Positions 46,386-57,568 of a stretch of DNA of 64,000 nucleotides are shown here, in pieces; position 1 is the first letter of the stretch; each line of letters opens with the position of its first letter. The notes under the pieces were generated by a model, which was not told where the DNA came from, ran no database searches, and saw nothing but the letters and a program-made list of their open reading frames with translations. Location: assembly GCA_958009085.1 (NCBI GenBank), contig OY253669.1:310001-374000 (forward strand). The letters run 5' to 3'. A program made the translations under genes and the position numbers. Source of the stretch: Protoeuglena noctilucae (lineage: Eukaryota).

Positions 46386-47123
46386 ATGACGGGAGAGGAC
46401 GCTGAAGTGTGTGCACGCCCTACACCGCCAGGAGGTGCAGGAGGTGAAGCCGGTGAGGGATTGGCGCACCCGGGAAGGCGAGCTAGGGGCTGCAACCGAG
46501 GCGAACAGAGTCAACCTCATTTGGGCGCTTTTCGTGCAGCTGAGGCTCTCCCGTTGCAAGAGGATGTGAAGCGTAAAGAGCATCCGGGGGCGTCGTGTTC
46601 AAGAGAGGCGCCAGAAGGGTGAGCATGGCGAGAATCGCTTGTGAGCGTGACGGTGGCCGGGCTCGAACATCCATCCCAGCCTCCTCCGCGCGCCCGCAGG
46701 GAGCAGGCCGGAGAGAAGGCCGGAGACGAAGAGGAAGCGGAGGCCGGCTCGTCGGATGATGACATCGGGGACTTCCTCTTCGGCCTGCTCCAGGAGCTGC
46801 ATCCAGGATGCCGTGTGTCAAAAGGGAGCCTTTCCACGTTGGCCGGTCTGATGGACAGCTTGCTGCAGCGCGTCGTGGACGAGGCCACCGCGGTTCCAGA
46901 GGAGGAGCCCGGAGCGGATGAGGCTGCGGGGCCTGCGGCGACGTCCCCGAACAAGCGCAAGCGGACGGCGACGCTCACGGCTGCAGACATCCAACGGGCG
47001 CTCAAGCGAGTGCTGCCGGGGTCCGGAGAGCCGGGGCGCGCGCTGAGGCCGTACCTCCCGACAGCCGCCAAGGTGGCGCGTCATCTGGACAAGACGGGGA
47101 GCATGGCAGACGAGAGCAGCTGA
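46386..47123 (+). CDS. Divergent histone H2B-like histone-fold protein (3 exons)
   Basis: FLFGLLQELHPGCRVSKGSLSTLAGLMDSLLQRVVDEA..KRTATLTAADIQRALKRVLPG aligns by eye with H2B [47 protein letters not shown]. Two frame-consistent GT-AG introns lie upstream. Confidence 0.7.
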
Positions 47124-47194
47124 GAGTGGAGGCGGGGAACCGGTAGCGGGAACAGCTGAGACTCCAGGCCCAGTTGGCTCTAGTCCGTTCAGCT

Positions 47195-50100
47195 TCACGC
47201 AATCTTCTGTCGCTTGGCATGCCGCCCTTGCTGAGACTCCGCCTGGCTGCGCCGCTCGAACTTCTCTGCAGTCCGCTCCCGAATTTCCTCCAGCCCCTCT
47301 CCCTCCTTGGCCCTCTGCAAGCCAGACAAGACACAGTTGCCTGCATCACGATCCGACGAATGGAGGGGCTGGCGCTTGCAACCCCTGCCACCCCGTGTCA
47401 TGCGTATGGGCATAGCTTGCGAGGGGGGCGTGTCATGGCTTGCCAGTTACCTCGACAACCAAGTGGCGGCCGTAGAAGTGCGCCGACGACAGGCTGTCCA
47501 TGGCCGCCTGCGCCTCCTGCCTGGTCGCGTACTCCACAAACGCAAAGCCCCTGCAAACGAAAGCAAAGACGACACCATGGGGAGAATAACAGTGGCGCAG
47601 AAGCTATGGGCAGCTCGCAGGAATGTATAGCGCGTAATTCTACACCGTTCCTCCATCCTCGCCCACCCCGCATCCTTGGCTCATCAGCGCGAGTTGGTGC
47701 GCCCACCTCACTGCTACAAGGATGACTCGGTGCAACATGAGCCCCCACACACTCGCCTGTGCGTGCCGTCGAACTTCCTCGGCACCCGCAGCTCCTTGAC
47801 GTGCCCGAACGGAGTGCAGAGGCCCATCAGCTCCTTCTTGCTCGCCTCGAATGCCACGTTGCGGATGACGAGCTTGGTCTTGCTCAGGCCCGGCGCCACC
47901 GCCTCCGGCCCCTCTGGCTGGGACGCCTGAGACCAACGCGGAGCCGCAGGCTGTGGAGGATGCGAAGTGGCAGGCAGACCATGCAGTGCATGTGCAGTGC
48001 AAAGACCTGCGTGACGATGCCTGGGCGACGCGACGCCCGCGCACTGCACCCTGCGCCCCTCACCTTCCCTCCCCGGCTCAGCTGCAGCACCAGCTTGTGC
48101 CCGTCCAGCTCGGACCCCTGCATCCGGTCCAGCAGCTTGCGCGCCACCTCCTCCGACCCCACGTCCACGAACCCGAACCCCTTGGACAGCGTCTCGCCCG
48201 TCTTGGCCTTCTTGCGGGCCACCCGCGCCGACCGCACCGAGCCCCCTGCCTCCTGTGCTGCCTTGCGGAAGTGCTTGAGCAGCGCCGCGTCGGTCGTCCC
48301 GAACGACAGATTCTTCACGAACAGCGACGTGAGCGGGAGCGACGAGTCGTCGTCCACGCCTGCCAGCGTCGCCACGTCCACCGCCTTGCCCGGCTTGGTC
48401 GTCTTGGCTGCATTGGCGGCCCTGGCCTTCACCGCCTCCAGGTCGTACTTCGGAGCGTCCGCCACAAACACGCCCTGGGGCGCCCACTCCAGGTACAGCG
48501 GCACGTGCTGGAACTTCTTGTACGCGAGCGTGCGGAAGGCCTTGCGGGCGTCCGGCGCGTGGTCGAACTCGACCACGGCCAGCGTGCGCGTGGCGGGGAG
48601 CACCAGGCGTGCCACCGAGCCCTGCTTGGAGAAGAGCGCGACCAGCTCCTCCTCCGTCACAGAGTAGGGAAGGTTCTTCACAAGCAGCGCCGTCGCGGAG
48701 CGCGCCACGGACTTGCGCGTCGAGGCCGACCCGGACACCGCCGCTGCCGCCTGCGAGGGAAGCACGATGGGGTCGGAAGCGCCAGCGGCACAGTGCATGG
48801 TCACAGGCATCTTGGCGGCGAGGGTTGAGTTGTCTCGATGTCACCATGCGCCACACACTCACAGCCGTTGCACTGCCACCGATCGGTCGTTGTATGCATG
48901 CCTGCCCCACCCTCTCACCTCGATCTTTGCAAGGTCGACCCCGGCCTCCTCCAGCGCTCGCTTGGTCTCGGCCACCACCCACGTCTCCCCCAGGGCCATG
49001 CGGACTGGCAGGTCCGCCGCGTCCCGGTCCAGCAGCTCACGCTTGGTCACGCCGTAGTGCGCGGCGATGGCCTCGGCCACTGCAGCGGGGGCACGTGCGA
49101 AGCTATGGCATCTCATTGCGATACCGACAGCCCAACGTATTGCCCAGTCAGTGTCTCAGCGTCAACGGTATCGTCATGGTCAAAACCGCACATGCCGACT
49201 CGTGTTATGTCACGTCCTGCGCCCTCGCCTGTGTCCTGCCGCATGAACAGGGTGTTCCAGGTGGCTTTGTTCCCCGCGTCGGCCCTGAGCTTGGCCTCCT
49301 TGGCCTCTCGGTATCCGCCCTTGCCCTCCTCCTCCCCCCCCGCCTCGCGCTTGGGCGGCCGCTTGGCAGGGAGGCAGTGCAGCAACCGACCCTGGAAATC
49401 ACGCATGTCCATGCCCCTGCGCAGAACAATCGCACGCACACGCCGTCCAGAGCGCTGTCGGCTCACCCAACAACCATGCCGAGCATCTTAACTCCTCCAA
49501 CCACCACGCTGTGCATGCGCTCCCAAGCATGGAAGAGCACCTCTGCTACATGGTCATGACGCCATCAGCTAATACATGTCGGGACTTTACACACCTGACG
49601 GCCTCCGCGGCGTCCTGTGGGTTGGCAAACGTGACGTAAGCAAAGCCCTTGGACCGCCTCAGCTCCTTGTCCAGGCACAAGTGGCACTCCACCAAGGGGC
49701 CGAACCGACCAAACGCCTCAGCGAGCTCCTCCTCGGTCGCCGTGTACGCCAGATTCCTGTGTGACAACCAGAATAGCAGGCATCCGATCATCACCGCCAG
49801 GCGCAGCCACGGTCGGGGCTCCATGCAAACGGCCCCAAAGCCACAGAAAGCAGCCCATATGCTTTGCTGAACACGAAGTCAACCCCAACACCGTGTTTGA
49901 CAGACACTATTATGATCACGTCGCCTTTCGCCTCTCGCCGGTCACCTGACGAAAATGCGGCCCGTGCTCCCGACACCCTCCACGTCCTCTCCCCGCACCA
50001 CGTGCCCCTCTCCTCCCTCTGCCTCCCCCTCTGGCCGGCCCTCAGCCGCGCCATCCCCGCCGAACAGCTCTCGCCGCAGCCGCTCTGCCTCCTCTTCATC

Positions 50101-51557
50101 GTCGTCCTCGCCAGCACCCGCCTCCCCGCCCGCATCTGTGCCACCGCCTCCCGCCCCACCCGCACGCGTCCCCGCCCCGACTCCGCCACGACCCTCCCCG
50201 CCCGCCTCATCATCATCCGACGAGCTCGCTTCCCCTGCATCCTCGTCGTCGCTCCACCGCCCGGCCCTCTTTCGCATCTGCAGGTACTCTGCGTCCGTCA
50301 GCTCCCTCGCCTCCGTCTCCCGACCCGCGCCCTCGTCATCCGAACCCCGGTCGCTCGAGCTCTGATCCGACTTAGGCTCGGACTCACGCTCGTCCCCGGA
50401 ACCCTCCCCGCCGCTCGCCGCGCCATGCTGCGGCCGGCCCCGCTCGCCGTTACGCGCAGCTTCCCCCGGTGCGCCCGGCGCTTTGGTCTTCTTGGAGCCT
50501 TTCTTGTCACCCGCGCCGTCAGCGATGGCTGATGCCACCACTGGGTCCGTGTCGTCGTTCGCCCACAGCTTGGCTGCGCTGCGGGGCTGCATGACCTGCA
50601 GGAACTCCTGCAGTCGTGGGTCGTTCCGTATCGCCTCCTGCAAATCCTGCAGGAAAAGGTGAAAGCAAGGGACTCCTGAGCGATGCATGCAGCTGTGCTT
50701 GCAACGGTGCTAGGGCTGCGGCGATGCAGTGGCTGTGCTGGGGTGCAACATCCAAGCTGGGAGCCGTGCATGGCCATCTGCGCATCCTCGCAGCTGCGTG
50801 TTAGCAATCACAAAGCAGCCAAGCACCTCGTCCACCGTCTTCCTCTTTGGCGCATCCTTGGCCTTGCCGTGTGCCGGGGCCTCCTCCTTGTGCGTGCGCT
50901 GGTACGCCGAGCTGCCCTTCGAATGCTTGCTCCACGGACGGTATTCCGGCTGCAAGGGGCGGAGGATGGACGATTTGGGGCGCGACAGCGCCGCACTAGT
51001 CGGGCTCTCGCGTGGAAGGCAAGGCCGTGGCTCACGTCTTCCTCCCCAACCCTCCTGGCGAACTCCACTGCGATGCGGGAGGTGTCAAGAAACGACCGGT
51101 TGAAGTATCTCTGCGCGGCCGCCGCCTGCTCCGCCGTCTTGAAGCCGACAAAGGCCATCTGCCGCGAGAGGCCGTCCTTCGTCTTCAGAAGCTTGCAGTC
51201 GGTGACGTCCCTGCGAGCACGTGCGACATACATATGAATGTAGCCTCCAACAGGCAGCGGGGGGATTTGCGCCGGCGTCGCGCTGGAAATGACACCCCTA
51301 GCAGGCCGTCGCGTGCGTCTGCGGACGACCGTGACGAGGGGGCATGCGCTTGGCCACGCACCCATGCTCCTGAAAAAGGGCTTTGATGCGGTGCTCGGGG
51401 ACGTGCTTGGGGATGTTCTTGACGCACAGCCTGCGAGGGAAAACCACGCAGCGGATTCCATGCAGCGCCGGCGGTTCTGCGAGCGGCAGGTCGGATCCGC
51501 GCTGTTGCCCTGTGGCGCAAAAGTGACACGCGCGTCGTCTCACCGCGAGGACGGCAT
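47195..51557 (-). CDS. RBM19: Multi-RRM ribosome biogenesis protein RBM19/Mrd1
   Basis: MPSSR|LCVKNIPKH, SRQMAFVGFKT..YFNRSFLDTSRIAVEFA, RPWSKHSKGSS, FQGRLLH, TWNTLFMRQD, VRMALGET, VPLYLEWAP, KLVIRNVAFEA. In-frame ATGs also occur at 51578 and 51599. Confidence 0.92.
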
Positions 51558-51734
51558 CGCGCCGGCCTCCGTTGACATCGGGCCGGCGACGGCCACCATC
51601 AGGGAGGGCCGCGCCTCGCGACTCCGCCTCCAGACCAGCCTCCAACGGGATGATGCGATTTGGTCCAGCTTGGTTGTGACTCACAGGCAGCCAACGCGGC
51701 GTTTCATGAGCGCTTACTCGCTCGCGCTGGCAAA

Positions 51735-51748
51735 CTAGGGTTAGGGTA
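51735..51748 (-). promoter_or_regulatory. Telomere-like motif TACCCTAACCCTAG upstream of RBM19
   Basis: CTAGGGTTAGGGTA on the plus strand. Function is unproven. Confidence 0.35.
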
Positions 51749-51893
51749 GATGCCGATGCCTCGTCGCTCGCGTCTCTTTTGGAAGAGGGGCAATTACATA
51801 CGTTGAAAGCACGTTCAATGGCAGTACACAGCACACCAGGGTCGGCCAACAACGAGGAACAGAACTGCCGCACGCATGCGGCGCTCCCCTCGT

Positions 51894-52825
51894 CTACTCG
51901 GACATCTCCTCCGCCTCTGCCTCTTCCACTGCGGAGAGGAAGGAGAACGGTGGTCGTCACGTTAGCCGAGCTCATCATCACGTGCCAACCATGAGGGCTC
52001 AAGCCATGAAAGACCGCCGTCTCACCTGCGAGGCGGACCTTCTCCTTCTCCTCCGCCTTGACGTGGGGCGCGCGCACGAGATGGATCTCCTGCTCCAACT
52101 GCTTCTTGTCGTTCTTGAGCTGCACCTTGGCCGCCTTGCGCATGCGCGCCTCCCAGTGCCGCGCCTGGCGGGCCTGGCGAATCTCCTCCACCCTGCGGAG
52201 ACAGCACCACGCCGCTGTTGAAAGCAATCGACAGCGAGACACCCCTGCGCTGGCTGCCGAAACGGCGCCCGGCACGCACCGCTGCATCGCCATGATGGTC
52301 TTGCCCACGAGCTCGCGGTTGTACTTGACGGGGCGGTTCCGGCGGCGCTCCATCTCGAACGTCGCGTCCTGCGAGGAGTTCCTAATAGTCGTATGATACT
52401 CAGGTGCGGCTAGGAGGCGCCGCCGCAGCGCCTCGGGGCTCCGCCGGCACGCACCTCTGCCAACTCCTTGCCCTGCAGCTTCCGGTACGCCTTCGTCCAC
52501 TTGACCTTCCGCGGGTTACGCTTCATCTTGAAGTTCTTGTGGCATTTCGACCGGCAGAAGCGGAAGACCTGCGGAGAGGTGGGCGTGAAGAGAGGGTCCA
52601 AAGAGGATGCAGAATTGCCCGGCGCTCTGACGCAAAGGGGGCCGCCACATAAGCCCTATCGGCGCCTCATAAGTGCAGGCTTGATGCACCGTCGCAGGCA
52701 AGCCCCAGGGACGCGGTCGGCTCCGGAAACCCACGCTGCTTCACCTTGCCGTCGTTGCGCACGAACACGGTCCCGTGCCCGGGATGGACGGTTCCCGAGC
52801 AGAACCAGCATTTTTCTAGCCTCAT
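51894..52825 (-). CDS. RLP24: Ribosome biogenesis protein RLP24 (RSL24D1)
   Basis: [57 protein letters not shown]..|[21 protein letters not shown]. Confidence 0.95.
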
Positions 52826-53466
52826 GGCAGCGCCTTAGCGACGAGGGCGCGCTTGCTCGCGCCTCCGCCGTCCCCACGCTCCGCCTGGCCGCCGGACCCC
52901 ACAGGCGCGCACTCTCGACGCGAGATGTCCTCCTCACGCCCCCGCGGGAGAGGAAGTAGCACACAAGTAGCTAAATGCACTGCTCAGCAGCCGCGTTCGG
53001 GGTCGGACGGACGCTCGCGGATGCGGTGACCTAGTGGTGTGCGGCAGCTGTGCTTGACACTCTGAGCCACGTCGGGGAGAGGAGCTGAGTGGACATGCGT
53101 AAGCACAGGCTGCCAAGAAACGCTCAGGGCGGTTGGCTGGAAGGCACTGGCGCGGGGTAACCCCGTGCGGACCCCGGGGAGCTCAAACGCAGCCCAATCC
53201 TCCACCGCGTAGCGTGTTGGTATGCAAGTATTCCGTCTGGGTGCAGCATCAGCCTCTCTGAGCAGCCGAGGAGCGTTTCGGGCTGCACGCGCGTCACGGA
53301 GACCACGCTGCGCGCCGGAGATCCTCTGGAGCAAACGGAGCAGCCCCCGATAGCTCCAAAGTACCCGGTTGATTTGAAAAGCGAGGGGGACGCCCGGGAG
53401 TGCGCAAGGCCATCTCAGGGAGAAAAGCTCGCCACCGGCGCTGCGGAGGGAGACGGGGGAGGAACC

Positions 53467-55140
53467 ATGCTGTGGGTCGACAAGCACAGGCCTCACAGCT
53501 TTGACAAGTTCCTCATACATAAGTGAGCTCACCGAGAGGGGCCTTTGACTTGGATGACGCCGCTGCTCTCGGGGCGGGCGCCGAGTGTTCCGAGTTTGCG
53601 CTGTGCTCGCAGGAGCTTTGGGGAGCAGCTGCAGAAGGTGGTTGCGGCGGGGGACTGCCCTCACATGTTGTTTTACGGGTGAGTCTCGCTGCGCCACGGG
53701 TCCTTGCTGGCTCTCCATGCCTCCCGCTCAGCGATAGCCTCTCCCGCTTCCCAATTCCCAGGCTGCCGGGGGCGGGGAAGAAGACGATCGTCATGTGCCT
53801 CCTGCGGGAGATGTTCGGGCCGGGGGTGGCCAAGCTGCGCGTCGAGCACAAGCCATGGAAGATCGAGCTCCCGACGCGCAAGCTCGAGGTGGAGCTGACG
53901 ACCGTGTCGAGCAACTACCACATCGAGCTCAACCCGTCGGACGTGGGCAACAACGACCGCTACGTCGTCCAGGAGATCATCAAGGAGATGGCCAAGACGA
54001 AGAACGTCGACCCGTCCGGCGCACGGACCTTCAAGGCGAGCGGACGCGGCTGTGCTCGTGGCATGCCCCCGCTGCGCGGCGAGTGCCGACCCCTCGGATC
54101 CTTCCACGCCGCCGCAGGTGCTGGTGCTGGACGACGTGGACAGCCTGACGCGAGAGGCGCAGCACGCGCTGCGGCGGACGATGGAGAAGTACTCCGCGGC
54201 CTGCCGGACCATCATGCTGTGCAACAACCTGTCCCGGGTCCTCGAGCCCGTCCGGTCTCGGTGCCTCTGCGTCCGTGTGCCCGCCCCGTCCCTGGACGAA
54301 GTTCAGAAGGTGACGGCAGAGGTCGCTGCCATCACGATTGCATCGCGTGCCGGCGGCCCACGCCGTGCGTCCGCCGAACGCGTTTGTTCACGACTGCGCA
54401 GGTGCTGCTGCATGTGGCGGCCGAGGAGCGACTCCATCTGCCGGCCAAGCTGGCGGCGCGCGTGGCATTTGCGTCCCAGCGCAACCTGCGCAAGGCACTG
54501 CTGGCATTGGAGGCTTGCAAGGCCCATCAGTACCCCTTCACGGAGGTGACTCGCGGGGGGCATGTAGGGGCTGCGGCGGAGGGCACTGGTCTGCACACCG
54601 TTGCATGACTCCGCTGTCCCGACCCTGATGCCCAGGACCAAGAGGTGCAGCTGGCGGATTGGGAGCTTTACGTCGCCGAGATCGCGGAGCTGATCATCGC
54701 GGAGCAGACCCCCAAGCGCCTCTACGAGGTGGGAGGGCACTGTGGGCGAACGAGACGCCCCGCGAGCAGCGTGCCGCCGTGGCAACGTTTCCCGAGCTGT
54801 GCCTCGCCCGCAGGTTCGGAGCAAGATCTACGAGCTTCTCATCAACTGCATCCCGGGGTCCTTGGTGCTCAAGACGCTCGCACTGGTGGGTGGCAAGGGC
54901 GTTTACATGCTGCGTGGCGAGGAATCCGCACAGAACGCCGCCATTGACACCCTCCCCCTGCTCCCCCAGGCCCTGTGCCGGCGGCTGGACGACCAGCTCA
55001 AGGGCAAGGTGGCCGAGGCCGCGGCCATGTACGAGCACCGCCTGTGCGAGGGCAGCAAGGACATTTTCCACATCGAGGCGTTTGTGGCGCGCGTCATGAC
55101 GGACCACAAGAAGTACCTGGAAGAGATGGTGGCCATGTAG
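53467..55140 (+). CDS. RFC3: Replication factor C subunit 3 (yeast Rfc5 orthologue)
   Basis: MLWVDKHRP, DCPHMLFYG|LPGAGKKT, SSNYHIELNPSDVGNNDRYVVQEIIKEMA, LTREAQHALRRTMEKYS, SRCLCVRVPAP, IFHIEAFVARVM. Confidence 0.95.
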
Positions 55141-55241
55141 CGAAGCCGGAGAGGCATATCAGCCCGCTTCAACGGCGGCGGAGCGGCCATTCCGCCCGCG
55201 CCGGGCCCGAAGCAGGCGCGCCCCCCCACGCGCGCTCGCGC

Positions 55242-56209
55242 CTAGAACTTCATGAGGTGCGGGCGGTCGTGCGACCCCAGCGAGAACCGCGTCCTGAAGT
55301 AGGACTGCGGGAAGAACGCGTCGCATCAGGTTTGCGCCGGCTGCCCACTCGAATCGGCCGTCCCCGCGCTGACTGCCGCATGCAAGCACGGTGCCCACCT
55401 TGAGCGTCTCGTCCTTCTGGATCTCCGCGGCGATCCCCGCGTCCACCTTCTTCTGGAGGGCCACGAACGAAGCGTCCAGCTGGCGCTTCTCGGGCTGCCC
55501 GAAGAACTTCTCCTGCCCCTTGCGCGTGGCGGCGCGCTTGGGCTTGGCGAACATCTTCTCGTCGATGCTCTTGATGTCGAACCCGCCCGTAGACACCTTG
55601 GTGGAGGTGGCGATGACGTACGCCTGGTTCACGCGCCGCAGGGGCACGCCGTTCACCTCATACGGCCCCGTCACGAGCAGCAGCCCCGACGGCAGCTGCC
55701 CCAGGCACACCACGCGGCGGCCCTTGAAGCGGCCCGCAAGGACGATCAGGACCGTCCCCGCCTTGATGCTCGGCCGCAGCCGCGTGACCTTGTGCTTCTT
55801 GGGAGCCCTGCGCAAGCAGCCGAGATGGGGAAGGGCGTCCCGCGCGGCTCTCGTGCGCCCCGCCGCTCCCAACCCACTGCATCCCGCGCTCCCGTTCTCA
55901 AAGCTCCAAGCGCGAGAGGCTCGGGGCGCCTCCGCGGCCCTCCGCGCGAGGGGGCCGGACCCCAGCGGGACGGGGCGAGGCGCTGCCCCCCGGCGGCGCG
56001 CGAGGTCCCCGCGAAGCGCCCGGCGATCGAGAGCGTCGGAATTTTCGCAAGGGGAGCCAGCGCCAAGGCAGCGGGGGCCCTCACGTCTTCAGGGGCTTCG
56101 GCACATCGTCCGCCGGGTACATCTGCGTCTTCCCAGCCTTGGTCGCCGTCGCCCAGGCGTTCAGCGGGTTCCTTGCCCGCGTGGGCGGGGTGCGGACCTT
56201 GCGGGGCAT
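55242..56209 (-). CDS. RPL6: 60S ribosomal protein eL6
   Basis: YPADDVPKP, RLRPSIKAGTVLIVLAGRFKGRRVVCLGQLPSGLLLVTGPYEVNGVPLRRVNQAYVIATSTK, RPHLMKF*. Confidence 0.95.
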
Positions 56210-56733
56210 CGCTCCTCCTCCACCTGCGGGGACGGCCGGCGACGCTGAGAGCCGTGGGCGGGATTCGGGGGCCCGATGCCGACGGTTGAAGGCAACTCGT
56301 CACAGGGAGGCGCGCGCAGGCGACGCGGGCGACGGCGACCGCGCGGGGCACCTTCGCTCTCTGGGGCCGCCAGCGACGCAAGGGTGAGGTGGGGCCCGCG
56401 GACGAGAAATCGAAAAAGGAAGGCGGGGGCAGCCTCGCGGGCCAGTTGGACGGGGCCCTCGCGATGACTCAGGTCGCAGCATGTCAGACACGGCGCTGGT
56501 CTCCAAGACGGGAGGGCCGGGCGGCCTCCCACTGCATCTGTCGACTCCGTCGTGGCCGCGCACACCTCCTGCCCGCGCCCCGACCGCTGCAGTTCGTCTT
56601 CGCAGGGCACCCAAGCGTGCGGCGCTGGTTTGGATCGACGAGTTGTTACTTGCTGCTAGGAGAGCACACACCAGGTCATACTTCAACCAGAAACACGAAA
56701 CCGCCCCGTCGGGCTCCGTTCGGGGACAGGGCG

Positions 56734-57311
56734 ATGGGGACGGAGGGTGGGGAGCCCAGGCCGCGTGGCTTACGGCCCACGGAGGAGGATATGGCCAAGC
56801 ATTACGCGCACCTGGAACATCTGCGACGAAAAGACAAGTGCGTGGTGCGGCGCTGGCGGGACTCGAGCCGTCTGTCGAACGTTTGGCCCACCCGCGCGAC
56901 GCTCTCGGCCCTCCTGCGCAGGACGCTCGTGGGCTGGACGCGCAGGAAGGTGCACCAGCTGTCGACCGTAGTGTGCATCGCGGAGCTGACGTGAGAGGCG
57001 CAGGCCTAGCCCCCTATGTCGTGAAACGAGGGGCGGCGCACGGCTTGTCGATTCATGCGTCCACACGTGCCGCGCCCGCAGGCGGGGGGAGGTCATCGGC
57101 GTCTTGACGGTCTTCTTCCTCATCTTTGGTGGGCTGTGCAGGCGAGGCACATGTCGCCCAAAGGCTGCTGGAGTGTGGCGGGCTCCTTGCAGCTCCATGC
57201 ATGTGGGGTGCCACCGACTCCTTCGCCCGCTCTTCTCGCAGGGTGTGCGCCGTCTACATCCCCCAGCTGCTCTCCTACATCAGCAGACGCGCTGGGCTTC
57301 TCCACAAATAG
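56734..57311 (+). CDS. Small membrane protein, possibly serine palmitoyltransferase small subunit (ssSPT)-like; 4 exons
   Basis: Spliced product ..KDK|TLVGWTRRKVHQLSTVVCIAELT|RGEVIGVLTVFFLIFGGLCR|VCAVYIPQLL..HK*. The W..RK, L..E, TM and YxP spacing resembles ssSPT. Confidence 0.45.
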
Positions 57312-57568
57312 GTAGCTGCTCCCCTGGTTCTTCTATCCACCGATCGATGGCTCTTCCCAGTCCCCAGTCCCTTTTTTTGCTGCGCCGTTCAACGCTTGCC
57401 TAGTGGACTCTCAATGGCGGCGGTTGCCGGCCTAGTCCTAGTCGTGACCTCTCGCTGTCGGGCCACCTGTCAGGCCTTGGGGAGCCGGGAAGGCCTCGGG
57501 CTCCACGTGGGCTCCATGTCGGGCTTCCTGAGCCGGCTCGCCTTCTTGCCATCCCCGGGCGTCTTGGG

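Noticed and set aside
51794..51798. Chlorophyte TGTAA poly(A) signal
   Set aside because: It is present after RLP24 but not evident after the other genes I checked, so no general signal is supported.
47195..56209. Functional cluster of ribosome genes (RBM19, RLP24, RPL6)
   Set aside because: It is interrupted by RFC3 and compatible with chance in a housekeeping-dense region.
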